Of a DNA stretch of 64,000 nt, positions 17,922-27,665 are shown one piece after another. Numbering within the stretch: the stretch's first letter is position 1; every line of letters begins with the position of its first letter. Source of the DNA: Candidatus Nomurabacteria bacterium. Lineage in GTDB: Bacteria; Patescibacteriota; Dojkabacteria; SC72; JAHDCA01. The notes under the pieces were generated by a model. The model did not search any database. It was not told the origin of the DNA and saw only the letters and a list, made by a program, of their open reading frames with translations. The translations under genes and the position numbers were made by a program. Where the stretch lies: the NCBI GenBank assembly GCA_020632395.1, contig JACKFQ010000002.1, positions 172,971 to 236,970 on the forward strand, given 5' to 3'.

Positions 17922-19256
17922 TTAGGCATTTAAGGCATCATGGATCTTCTGGGCGGATACTTTGCCTATCCCATCAAGCTCCATTAGCTGTTCAACACTC
18001 CAATCGGCTACTTCCTCGACACTTTTACCTGCTTTGGTTAATTTCTTCTCTATAGCCTCATCTACTTTTCTCTTTTTACTGGTTTCTTTTGTAGAGGCTG
18101 ATTTCTTTGCAGTAGTTTTCTTTGTAGAATTCTTCTTTGTGGACTTTTTTAGCTCATTTTCATCAATATCTTCGGTAGTTTCGTGATTATCTTCACCTTC
18201 TGCCTCATCCTTTGTGTGCCTTGAACTATTCCCATCAGGACCTTGTATGTCAATTTTCAGATTGGTTAGTTTGGCGGCGAGTCTTACATTCTGTCCATCT
18301 TTTCCGATCGCTAGGGATAACTGATCCTCTTCGACTTTAACTGTAGCAACACCATCTTCCACCTTTACCGATATGACCTGTGCAGGACTCAATGCTTTCT
18401 GTACATATTCTTCCACATCTTCCCTCCATTCGATTATATCGATCTTTTCTTCACCTAACTCTGACATGACATTTGCGATCCTCATCCCTCTTTGTCCAAC
18501 ACATGACCCAATAGGATCGACACCTGACTGATGTGAGGTAACAGACATCTTGCTTCGTGAGCCCGACTCTCTAGCACAACCTTTAACCTCAACAACACCG
18601 GATTCGATCTCAGGAACTTCCATAGCAAAAAGTCCTATCAAAAAATCCGGATCACTCCTCGATATGACGAGTGTCCTTCCTCGTGGTGTATCTTCTATAG
18701 CTTTAAGCAAGACTTTGTATCTCTCTCCCACTCGATAGAACTCGTTTGATACCTGTTCATCTGGTGGCATGAAAGCAACAGCCTTACCGATCTCAAAGAC
18801 AGCATTTCCACCCTGCATTCTGTGCATCATAGCAGTAAAGATCTCTCCAATCTTGTCGCTATATTCTTGTAGAACAGCTTCTTTTTCTGACTCACGGATA
18901 CCTTGCATTATGACCTGTTTTGCTGTTTGTGCTGCGATACGGCCAAAATCCTCAACCTCTTGTTCGATCTCTACAGTATCACCTACTTCTAGGCCTGGTT
19001 CGATCTTCTTTGCTTCTTTGAGTGAGATCTGGATATTCTCATCCTCTACCTTCTTGACAACCTCTTTTTTGGCGATAACTCTAAAGGTTCCTGTCTCTCT
19101 ATCCATCTCAACCATCATATCGCCTTCTTTTTCGTATTCCCTCTTATATGCTGCTAATACTGCGGTTTCAAGGGAAGTATAGACTGCTTCTGGTTCTATC
19201 CCTCTTTCAGAACAGATCTGATTTATTGCGGCAACAAATTCTGATACCATAGCCAT
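17922..19256 (-). CDS. nusA: Transcription termination/antitermination factor NusA with Lys-rich linker and C-terminal HhH
   Basis: NusA N-domain (MAMVSEFVAAINQICSERGIEPEAVYTSLETAVLAAYK). S1 and tandem KH (GSCVGQRGMRIANVMSELGEEKIDIIEW; IGKDGQNVRLAAKLTNLKIDI). Lys-rich low-complexity linker, then an HhH (MELDGIGKVSAQKIHDAL). Confidence 0.9.
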   Translation of the reverse strand: MAMVSEFVAAINQICSERGIEPEAVYTSLETAVLAAYKREYEKEGDMMVEMDRETGTFRVIAKKEVVKKVEDENIQISLKEAKKIEPGLEVGDTVEIEQEVEDFGRIAAQTAKQVIMQGIRESEKEAVLQEYSDKIGEIFTAMMHRMQGGNAVFEIGKAVAFMPPDEQVSNEFYRVGERYKVLLKAIEDTPRGRTLVISRSDPDFLIGLFAMEVPEIESGVVEVKGCARESGSRSKMSVTSHQSGVDPIGSCVGQRGMRIANVMSELGEEKIDIIEWREDVEEYVQKALSPAQVISVKVEDGVATVKVEEDQLSLAIGKDGQNVRLAAKLTNLKIDIQGPDGNSSRHTKDEAEGEDNHETTEDIDENELKKSTKKNSTKKTTAKKSASTKETSKKRKVDEAIEKKLTKAGKSVEEVADWSVEQLMELDGIGKVSAQKIHDALNA

Positions 19257-19359
19257 GATCTAAATAAATGAGAATTTAATCTTTGTCGTGATCATAAAAA
19301 AAAGGTGAGCTTAATTACCCACCTTCCCTTCATATAACTTCCGTCTTCATTCTAACACA

Positions 19360-22300
19360 TCAGCCATCAGGAGTCCAATAGCCGACACCCTCATCTACAA
19401 ATAGAAAGATTCCTATCTTGTCACTTATCGTGTAGTCTACTCCAAACACACCATCTCCTTTAGTAACATATGTAATGAACCTCCCTCGTGCCGGATCCCA
19501 GATCGCAACTTTACTAGCTTTGACACCTGGCAGTTGATTCACCTCTGCCAAGAGCTCGCTTGCAGATATCTGGGCTGATCCACCTTTCAATGCAATCAAA
19601 TTCCAGCCCTTTACCATATATTGCTGTACAGGGGATGTATAACTTTTCCCTTTGAGTCTCAATTTTACAGCCTCCTGGACTACTAGATACATCGCATCTC
19701 CCGGTGACAAGGTAAAGTCTTCACCATAATTCTGTGTCCCACGCCTATTCGCAGAAAACCATCCATTAGTAGCATTTCCCGAGTATGTAGCAACTGCTGT
19801 TGCATAACCCCCTTGATCTATGATCTCCTGAAGTATTTCTTGGGCCTCGTCAAAATCTTCTGTATAAAAAGGGATCGAGAGTATCGAGATACCCGGTTTT
19901 AGATCGATCTCTATGACATCCCCAACTTTTGTTAATTTCAGATCCATAATAGATGGGGCAGGGTATTCATCAGTGTCAAAGATCCCATCGCCATCTCTGT
20001 CTTGGAATACCGGTACATTTATCTGATCATCTGAATAATTATAGACATACTGTTCGCTTGTATCGAAAACAGATGATTCGATCAAAAATTCCCCACGACT
20101 TGGAAGTTTCAATGATGCAGCACCAAGAACCATATTCATAGATTCACCACCAGAAAGCAATATACTCTGCACACCACCAACAGATGGATCCCAGCAAGCT
20201 TCCCCATTAGGTCCTGACACATTATCAGAAGTGCATTGCCCACCTCCTCCACCTACACCTCCTCCACCTACTGCACCCCCATCAGTCTCGGCATTCCCCA
20301 CTGAGATCGAATCATTCACAAATAGCTCTGCAGAATCCCAGTAAGCATCAGAATTTCTGTACGGATATTCATTATTAGCAGCTAAATATACCGTGATAAG
20401 AGAGGAATCTGAGCTTGCAGAGATCTCAAAGTCAGTGAACTGACTACTGTCACTAGGTTGTACATTTGGTAGATCTTTCCAATCAGACCAGATGACAGAT
20501 GTAGAGTCAGGATCAATACCGCCTGTAGGGTCGATGCCTATCCTTCCTACAAATTTGTTTACTACCTGACACACACAATCACCTGACTCATTACAGCTGG
20601 CTTCTCCAAAATTCTCACAATGCTTACCATCAGACCAGGATGAAGCTCTTGCTTTAAATATAAGATCATTTGATCCACCTTCCCCAAGATCTATCTGCTG
20701 ATATACACCTGCATGATGAGTTCCGTAAGTTGTAAACCATTGTAAGGAGGAGGCTCCACCTCCTGAGGGGATCCTATTTGCAAATCCTGTCGATTGTTTA
20801 TACTCGGGTCGTCTGCATATCGCAGGATCTGACGAACACGAATACACCCCACACATCCCTCCCTGACATCCGTTCTGATACCATGCATGCCAATATTGTG
20901 GAACTTTGAGCTCAGCAGCACCATCAGATACGAAACTTCCTTCAAAACCTCCATTTAATAATCCACCTAAAGCTGTTGCATGATCTTGATGACCTACTCC
21001 TACACAAATATTCCCTAGGCATGGGTCATTTCCATTGTATGTCCCTCCGTAGGGAGATGACGAACTACTCGTATTTCCGTTTACCCCAGTTATACCAACA
21101 CTTGATGTATTGCCTGTGCTGGTAGCACTTCCTGTATATCCCTTTTCAAAAGTTACACTCACTGAGCCTTCCTGAGGAACCTGAAAATTTCCTGCTCCAC
21201 AATTTGATAACAGTCTTGAGATCAAGCCGGAATTAGACCATAACTCTTGATGATATGAAAATGCACTGTCGGGGTTAGAGCCAAGACTATTGAAAAGCAT
21301 TATCACAAAGACATTTTCCATCGAATCGAGAGCTCCTATAGTGTTTGCGAGAACATCCCAATTCATTGAAGTATCGATCTTTCCCAGCTCTGTAACAATT
21401 ATCGTATCCCTCAGCCCTTTTGATTGTAGATATGATGTAAATGCCTGAATATCAGATACAACATTACCCTCGCCCCTTTGATATAAGTAGTCATTTACTG
21501 CCCATGCAAATATATCTCCTGATACTGCTGAGAACGAGCTGTTTTCCAACATCTTATCCACATAGGTCTGTGCAGAATAGATAGGATGAGGATTTGGATC
21601 ATCACACCCATCATTGCAACCCGGCCACTGTCCATCGCCATTACTATATAGATCAAGATTTGGAGAGATCACTTTAATTCCAATATCCTCAGGATCTGTT
21701 GATAAAACGCCAGCTCCTTTCAGAACAGAGATCAGATCAGCAACAAACTGAGCCTCATCGTTAGGATCACGGTATTCGGCAACATTTGGTTCATTATGAC
21801 CTCCATGAATAAAAAGTCCATTTTGAGGTAATTGCCCAGAGGCTTTTAGTGAATTATAGACCTCTAATACGGAGTTACCATAAGCATTCCCATTATTGAT
21901 ATTGCAATTTCCTTTGTAGCAAAGCCTTAAGAGTAGGTTCATCCCGACATTCTTCCCATTTATCACACTTTGAGCATAATCATTCATCGCACCAAGATCA
22001 GTTATCAATGCCTCTCCCCATCTCATACGAGAACCTACAGCTTGTTGCATTTTATCTACAGGGACTTGGTACTGGATGGCGAAATTCTCCCCCATCTTTG
22101 AACATAAGTTCGCTGTTTGAGTCATCGGAGGGATAGTTGTTCCTGCTGGACTTGAGTCCCCTGCCGATCCAGTTGTTCCTGTAGAACCTGTTGTACCAGT
22201 CACGACTGGGGCTGGAGGTCCTTTTGGTATGTTCACGGTCACAGATGGGTCCTTTTCTGTCGTATTTATACACTCGGTTGTACCGTCAAAAGCTTTGATC

Positions 22301-23331
22301 AAATATGTCTTCCCGATCTCCAAACCAGATGATCCAATTTCTACATACCCACCATTTCGGATCTCAAGATCTGCATTAGTTGTAGGATCTTGAACATATG
22401 AGCTTGAGGTTTCATCAAAAAGTTTGAGGGTTACAGTAGCGGGTCTATGAAATTGGGTGTAGCTAGTATGTTTGATCAGCCCTAATCTAAATCTGGATTC
22501 CCCCTCCGGACAATCTCTGGTATCCAATGAGGATGTCCAATCGATCTTATCATTACACTGCACACGTATCCCTCCTCGATCAGTGCTATTTATACAGCTA
22601 TTTGCTGCATTTACTTGATGAAGAAGGGCAATATCTGATCCATCGAGTGTAGAGGGAAAGATTATGTCTGCTACAGGTTGATTATAGAAGGATGCGGTCA
22701 TATAGGTTCGTTTTTCACCGAGAGGCGTTACAACCTCAACTTCTTGAATGAAGTTCTCATCTACTCCATTGGTATATGCGATACTATAACTACCATTATC
22801 TCCTGTAGTGGAGGCAATTATCGGAGCAACATCATCTTCAGATCGTATCAATACCAGAGAATCTTTTATACCAAGGTCGTGATCATCTACAACTCGCCCA
22901 TACACTCTAGAAGGGGTTGGGATATCTTCGCTGACTGATGGCAGAGAGAATTGTTGCGATATCTCAGGCTTATTGAATATGACACCTTTTAGTGTATCAG
23001 ACCACGATAAAGAATGCTCTTGTATCGCATGATCGAGTTTAACTTCGTAATATTCATAATAAACAGTGTCAACATGATCGATCAAGCATGGAAGATTCCC
23101 ATTGTCACAATCAGATAGATGCTCGTCGTCACTTTTGATCACAGACGATACAAAAGGCAGATGAAAAGAAGGCTCTTTAAGGATCACTATTGTTATGGCG
23201 TCATCAGAGATATTGGCTAAAACATGTTCCTTGTATGAGGATCTTTCAATGAAAATGAACAGCAATAGTAATGTCGCCGGAACAAGTACTGCTAGAAACA
23301 GCATTATTGTTATCCTTACGGTATTTTTCAT
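19360..23331 (-). CDS. Giant secreted/TM-anchored protein (1323 aa) with a transthyretin-like domain, a GH5-like (clan GH-A) glycoside-hydrolase signature, a Cys-rich region and the shared C-terminal module
   Basis: N-terminal anchor ITIMLFLAVLVPATLLLLFIFI. CarboxypepD_reg-like VYGRVVDDHDLGIKDSLVLIRSEDD..TTGDNGSYSI. Gly/Thr linker TGTTGSTGTTGSAG. GH-A hallmarks: ..LLLRLCY.. (beta2 Arg), HGGHNEPNVAEY (acid/base NEP), and about 140 aa later IIVTELGK (nucleophile TE.G). Cys-rich region CLGNICVGVG..CQGGMCGVYSCSSDPAICRRPEY. Poly-Gly run. C-terminal KGWNLIALKG...VDEGVGYWTPDG is homologous to the 755..3352 family C-termini. Confidence 0.8.
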   Translation of the reverse strand: MKNTVRITIMLFLAVLVPATLLLLFIFIERSSYKEHVLANISDDAITIVILKEPSFHLPFVSSVIKSDDEHLSDCDNGNLPCLIDHVDTVYYEYYEVKLDHAIQEHSLSWSDTLKGVIFNKPEISQQFSLPSVSEDIPTPSRVYGRVVDDHDLGIKDSLVLIRSEDDVAPIIASTTGDNGSYSIAYTNGVDENFIQEVEVVTPLGEKRTYMTASFYNQPVADIIFPSTLDGSDIALLHQVNAANSCINSTDRGGIRVQCNDKIDWTSSLDTRDCPEGESRFRLGLIKHTSYTQFHRPATVTLKLFDETSSSYVQDPTTNADLEIRNGGYVEIGSSGLEIGKTYLIKAFDGTTECINTTEKDPSVTVNIPKGPPAPVVTGTTGSTGTTGSAGDSSPAGTTIPPMTQTANLCSKMGENFAIQYQVPVDKMQQAVGSRMRWGEALITDLGAMNDYAQSVINGKNVGMNLLLRLCYKGNCNINNGNAYGNSVLEVYNSLKASGQLPQNGLFIHGGHNEPNVAEYRDPNDEAQFVADLISVLKGAGVLSTDPEDIGIKVISPNLDLYSNGDGQWPGCNDGCDDPNPHPIYSAQTYVDKMLENSSFSAVSGDIFAWAVNDYLYQRGEGNVVSDIQAFTSYLQSKGLRDTIIVTELGKIDTSMNWDVLANTIGALDSMENVFVIMLFNSLGSNPDSAFSYHQELWSNSGLISRLLSNCGAGNFQVPQEGSVSVTFEKGYTGSATSTGNTSSVGITGVNGNTSSSSSPYGGTYNGNDPCLGNICVGVGHQDHATALGGLLNGGFEGSFVSDGAAELKVPQYWHAWYQNGCQGGMCGVYSCSSDPAICRRPEYKQSTGFANRIPSGGGASSLQWFTTYGTHHAGVYQQIDLGEGGSNDLIFKARASSWSDGKHCENFGEASCNESGDCVCQVVNKFVGRIGIDPTGGIDPDSTSVIWSDWKDLPNVQPSDSSQFTDFEISASSDSSLITVYLAANNEYPYRNSDAYWDSAELFVNDSISVGNAETDGGAVGGGGVGGGGGQCTSDNVSGPNGEACWDPSVGGVQSILLSGGESMNMVLGAASLKLPSRGEFLIESSVFDTSEQYVYNYSDDQINVPVFQDRDGDGIFDTDEYPAPSIMDLKLTKVGDVIEIDLKPGISILSIPFYTEDFDEAQEILQEIIDQGGYATAVATYSGNATNGWFSANRRGTQNYGEDFTLSPGDAMYLVVQEAVKLRLKGKSYTSPVQQYMVKGWNLIALKGGSAQISASELLAEVNQLPGVKASKVAIWDPARGRFITYVTKGDGVFGVDYTISDKIGIFLFVDEGVGYWTPDG

Positions 23332-23338
23332 TTACCAG

Positions 23339-26300
23339 TTACTTCTCTGAGGGTATCCAATACCCTACACCATTATCAACAAGTAAAAATATCCCCTGTA
23401 CATCAGTTATCCCGAAATCAGAACCATACTCCTCACGACCTTCAAAGATGAACTGTCTGTAACTACCTTTGGAACTATCCCATACCGCTATAGCAGATGC
23501 CTGTACTCCTGGGAGATCGGTTACTTCCTCTAATACTCTACCAGCATCATAGCTTGCAGATGTACCCTTGATTGCTATTAGATTCCAACCCGCCTTTACA
23601 TACTGCTGAACTGGTTCTGCGTAAGATGTACCCCGTAATCTAAGGTCTACAGCTCTTTTGATCACTATGAACATAGCGTCTCCAGGTCTGAAGTCAAAAT
23701 CCTCACCATAACTCTGGTTTCCGACCATACTATACATATTCCAGCCAGATGTTTTTCCACTATTTCGATAAACAGCAATAGAAGTTGCTAAACCACCTTG
23801 ATCTTTGATGGCAGAAAAGATATCACTTACACTCGTAAGATCTTCATTGTAAAAAGGAATTGAGACGAGGTTGATCCCTTCTGACAGATCTAGTTGTATG
23901 GCATCTCCGATCTGTCGAATGCTCACCATACTAACATCAGGAGCAAACGGTTCTCCTTCATCATATTCACCATCCTGATCCAGATCCTGAAATACAGGTA
24001 GTTCTAGCGGTGTATTTGCAAAATTCGCACGATAGATCGGTTCACTCATATATCCCTCTGCATAGATCTCATACTCACCTCGAGTTGGCAAAGTGATCAT
24101 TGGAGGGGTCGTTGCTCCTAATATATTTTGAGATATTATATTTGAATTCGTAGGAAGGAGATCTTTGCTACTTTGTAATCGGGGATCTTCAAAATCACCA
24201 TTCCAATTTGGTACACATTTTGTTACACAACAGTGTGCTCCCAACTTCCCGTCACCAGGAGGAATAACCCCACAACCTGCAGGGCATTGTGCAGATGTGC
24301 GCCCCCAGGGGCATGAGTTTGCCGGAGGGAGAGGTTCATCTGTATTGAGCCATTTTTTGGTTGATTCAATATATCCATCAGGACATAAAGGTTGACAACT
24401 TTGGGATTCAACCCAACAGGCGTCTATACCTGTTATATCGGAAACGCTTTGATCACACGCTATACCAGAGGGGGTTGTACCACCCCCACCTGTTGTATCA
24501 TATTCTAATTGCTGTTCACCTGAATTCGTGGCATCACCAACAGACAAAATATCATTTACGAACATTTCTACGCCATCCCAGTATGAGTCAGAGTTTCTGT
24601 ATGGATATTCATTATTTGAGGCGAGGAAAACTGTCACCCTATCATTTGAGGAGGTGGTTTCGATCTCAAATTGTACAAAATTCGCTCCATCTTGAGGTCC
24701 AACATTGGGTAATGACTTCCACTCTGTCCACTCAACGGTCGATGCGGTAGGATCGATACCCCCAGTTGGATCGATCCCTACCCGTCCAACAAATTTATTA
24801 ATTATCTCACAGAAACAATCCCCTTCAACAACACAACTAGATTGACCATATCCCTCACATCTTTTGTCATCCGACCAGGAAGACGCACTGGCAATAACTT
24901 TAATATCATTTGTTCCTCCTAGACCAAGTTCAACTTGTTGGTAAACTCCAGCATGATGTGTCCCGTAAGTAGTAAAGTATTGTAGCGAGGCGCTTCCTGC
25001 TAATCTACGATTTACGACATCAGCACCACTAGATTGCTTATATTCAGGTCTTCGGCAGAAGGCCGGCTCATTAGAACAAGCATAGATCCCACACTGCCCC
25101 CCCTGGCAACCGTTCTGATACCACACATGCCAGTACTTAGGCACATTTAATTCAGCTGCTCCATCGCTAACGAACTCACCTTCCATGTTTCCATTCAATA
25201 ATCCCCCTACCGCTACAGCATAATTATTATAATCTTTTCCTACGCATATCCCTCCTAGACAAGGGTCAGACCCATTATATGACGACCCGTAGATGCCGGG
25301 AGATCCACTACTACTCCGTGCGGAATTATCCGGTGAGCTATTAAATGGTACCGAACTTGAGGTTGTAGGGGGTGAGGAACTACCACTTGCACTACTGCCA
25401 TTACCATTACTCGAACTCCCAGAGGTAGTAGTCACAGGTACTTCTCCTTCCTGAGGGACTTGATATGATCCGATAGTACAATTTGAGAAAAGACTCTTGA
25501 GAAGGTTACTATCATCCCATAGGGGTTTGTGGTATTCAAAAGCAGGATCTCGATTAGTTCCTAAAGCATTGAACAGCAGGAATCCTTCGACATATTCTTT
25601 TGATTCTAATGTTGCCAAGGTATTTGCTAATACAGACCAGTCATGAATAGGTTGTTGTCCAGGAGGTGCGTAGTTACCAGTTTCTGTAATGAATACACGA
25701 CCCGGTAGATCTCGCGGTTGTAAGTATGCCGAGTAAAAGCCATCCACATCAGCATTAACAGCATCAGGACCCTTTTGATAAATATAATCATTTACTGCCC
25801 ATGCATACAACTTGTTCGCAGCTTCGTAGAAACCTTCAACCTTCAGCATCTCATCGATATATGACTGTGCGGTGTATATAGGATGTGGATTTGGGTCATC
25901 ACACCCGTCAGAACAACCTTGCCACTGTCCATTCTGATAAATGTACAGGTCAAGATTAGGACTCAAGAGCTTGATTGTAGTCTCACCGAGATCTTGTCCG
26001 AGCAATCCGGCAGAATCTACAGCATTCACAACACCTATCAGGAAGTTTGCCTCAGAGGTTGGATCTCGATATTCTGCATTGTTCGGCTCATTGTGCCCGG
26101 CATGGGCAAACAACCCATCCTGAGGAAGAGTACCGCTTTGCATCAACTCATTGAATACACCTACTAAGGCTTGACCATATGCAACCCCATCATTCACATT
26201 ACAATTATTTTTATAACATAAGCGAAGTATCACATTCATACCTAAATTATTTGCATCTGACACAGAAGCCTTATAATCATTGATCCCACCAAGATCCGTG

Positions 26301-27649
26301 ATCAATGCCTCTCCCCACCTCATTCCCAGTGAAACACCTTTCTGTATATCCTCTGCCGGGATCCTGTACTGTACTGCAAAATTATTTCCTACTTTCTTAC
26401 AAAGATTCATCTCGTCTGTGACAGGTGGTATCGTACCCGCACCACTTGTTCCATTACCTGTATTACCCGTACTGCCTGTATTGCCTGTATTACCCGTACT
26501 GCCTGTATTGGAACCAGAAGGAGGACCTTGGCGATTTTCTGGGGACCTATACAAAACAGTTGGGTCACCATCATCTGTATTTTTACACTCAGTCGTACCT
26601 TCGTACGCTTTGATAATATAAGTTGCACCATCCTTCAGATCGACCTCAACACCATCTACATAACCACCGTTTGAAACGGTCAAAACATTTCCATCAGAAT
26701 CTTTCACTAATTCACCTGTAGACTTCTCTACAAGTTGTAATTTCACATCCTCAGGCTTGTGGAACTGAGTAACTGATGTTGACTTGATCATTCCAAGTCG
26801 AAACCTACCATCTCCTTTGGGACAAGTTGTAGTGTCTAATTGAGATAACCAATCCACTTTCTCATTACACTGTGCACGAATACCTCCCATTGTGGTAGAT
26901 TTTATACAAGAATTTGCAGCATATGATTGGAAAGAAAGTTCAGACAATATGTTCTCCTCTGAAGGCTCTTTCACTTGGACTATAAGATCTGCCACGGGTT
27001 TGTTAAAATCACTACTCGTCCGTAGAGTTACCTCTTCTCCTCCCATTGTCACAACAGAAACCTCTTGGAGATAGTACTGTTCCGAATGGGGAAGGATAAA
27101 ACTGTATGTTCCATCCTCAGCTGTTTTGGTCACATATATGGTATCTAATTCGGGAGCATCGATAAACACTAAAGCGTCCCCGATCAGATTATCATACTGA
27201 TCTAGAACCCTTCCGTAAGCTCTTTCAAATGTCGGAACTACATTTTCGACATTTGATATAAGACCGATCGAGGTAGTTTCTGCACCAAATGATTGTTTCA
27301 AAGTGTCTACCCATTCAAGAGTATTTGTTTGAAGGTCAATCATATTTGCCACCTTGAAATACCAATACTTATCATTTTTCAGTACAGTCGAATAACATGG
27401 ATCAACAGTATCTTTACCGCACTCATTGATCTGCACATCATTTAGCAACAACTTAGGTTCTAAAGGATATGCACCTCTTGAAGGATCTAACTCTGCAATT
27501 ACTGAAATGGTCGAACCCTCCTGTTGATATGATCTTAGAGCCACCAGAGTGCTTTTCTGACCGTTAAAGAGAATTACAAGAAATATCAGAAATGAGAACA
27601 GAATTGTTACTGCTGAAATGAGCAGTATCTTTTTACGATTTTTATCCAT
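23339..27649 (-). CDS. Giant secreted/TM-anchored protein paralog (1436 aa) with GH5-like signature and shared C-terminal module
   Basis: Colinear with the 19360..23331 protein. Anchor ILLISAVTILFSFLIFLVILF. AYGRVLDQYDNLIGDALVFIDAPE. Linker GSNTGSTGNTGNTGSTGNTGNG. HAGHNEPNNAEY and VFITETGN. Cys-rich CLGGICVGKD..CQGGQCGIYACSNEPAFCRRPEY. C-terminal AGWNLIAIKG...VDNGVGYWIPSEK. Separated from its upstream paralog by 7 bp. Confidence 0.8.
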   Translation of the reverse strand: MDKNRKKILLISAVTILFSFLIFLVILFNGQKSTLVALRSYQQEGSTISVIAELDPSRGAYPLEPKLLLNDVQINECGKDTVDPCYSTVLKNDKYWYFKVANMIDLQTNTLEWVDTLKQSFGAETTSIGLISNVENVVPTFERAYGRVLDQYDNLIGDALVFIDAPELDTIYVTKTAEDGTYSFILPHSEQYYLQEVSVVTMGGEEVTLRTSSDFNKPVADLIVQVKEPSEENILSELSFQSYAANSCIKSTTMGGIRAQCNEKVDWLSQLDTTTCPKGDGRFRLGMIKSTSVTQFHKPEDVKLQLVEKSTGELVKDSDGNVLTVSNGGYVDGVEVDLKDGATYIIKAYEGTTECKNTDDGDPTVLYRSPENRQGPPSGSNTGSTGNTGNTGSTGNTGNGTSGAGTIPPVTDEMNLCKKVGNNFAVQYRIPAEDIQKGVSLGMRWGEALITDLGGINDYKASVSDANNLGMNVILRLCYKNNCNVNDGVAYGQALVGVFNELMQSGTLPQDGLFAHAGHNEPNNAEYRDPTSEANFLIGVVNAVDSAGLLGQDLGETTIKLLSPNLDLYIYQNGQWQGCSDGCDDPNPHPIYTAQSYIDEMLKVEGFYEAANKLYAWAVNDYIYQKGPDAVNADVDGFYSAYLQPRDLPGRVFITETGNYAPPGQQPIHDWSVLANTLATLESKEYVEGFLLFNALGTNRDPAFEYHKPLWDDSNLLKSLFSNCTIGSYQVPQEGEVPVTTTSGSSSNGNGSSASGSSSPPTTSSSVPFNSSPDNSARSSSGSPGIYGSSYNGSDPCLGGICVGKDYNNYAVAVGGLLNGNMEGEFVSDGAAELNVPKYWHVWYQNGCQGGQCGIYACSNEPAFCRRPEYKQSSGADVVNRRLAGSASLQYFTTYGTHHAGVYQQVELGLGGTNDIKVIASASSWSDDKRCEGYGQSSCVVEGDCFCEIINKFVGRVGIDPTGGIDPTASTVEWTEWKSLPNVGPQDGANFVQFEIETTSSNDRVTVFLASNNEYPYRNSDSYWDGVEMFVNDILSVGDATNSGEQQLEYDTTGGGGTTPSGIACDQSVSDITGIDACWVESQSCQPLCPDGYIESTKKWLNTDEPLPPANSCPWGRTSAQCPAGCGVIPPGDGKLGAHCCVTKCVPNWNGDFEDPRLQSSKDLLPTNSNIISQNILGATTPPMITLPTRGEYEIYAEGYMSEPIYRANFANTPLELPVFQDLDQDGEYDEGEPFAPDVSMVSIRQIGDAIQLDLSEGINLVSIPFYNEDLTSVSDIFSAIKDQGGLATSIAVYRNSGKTSGWNMYSMVGNQSYGEDFDFRPGDAMFIVIKRAVDLRLRGTSYAEPVQQYVKAGWNLIAIKGTSASYDAGRVLEEVTDLPGVQASAIAVWDSSKGSYRQFIFEGREEYGSDFGITDVQGIFLLVDNGVGYWIPSEK

Positions 27650-27665
27650 ACCACATGGTACAAAT

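Noticed and set aside
12037-19182. Numerous plus-strand ORFs of 60-200 aa antisense to pnp, infB, nusA and the DHH-like gene
   Set aside because: They lie opposite highly conserved housekeeping CDSs on the other strand. Their Ser/Leu-rich, low-complexity translations are typical antisense noise.
26280-26631. Track ORFs 26280..26621, 26407..26631 and 26425..26613 (PVLPVLPVL / YPYCLY repeats)
   Set aside because: Frame artefacts of the imperfect GNTGSTGNTG linker repeats inside the 23339..27649 CDS.
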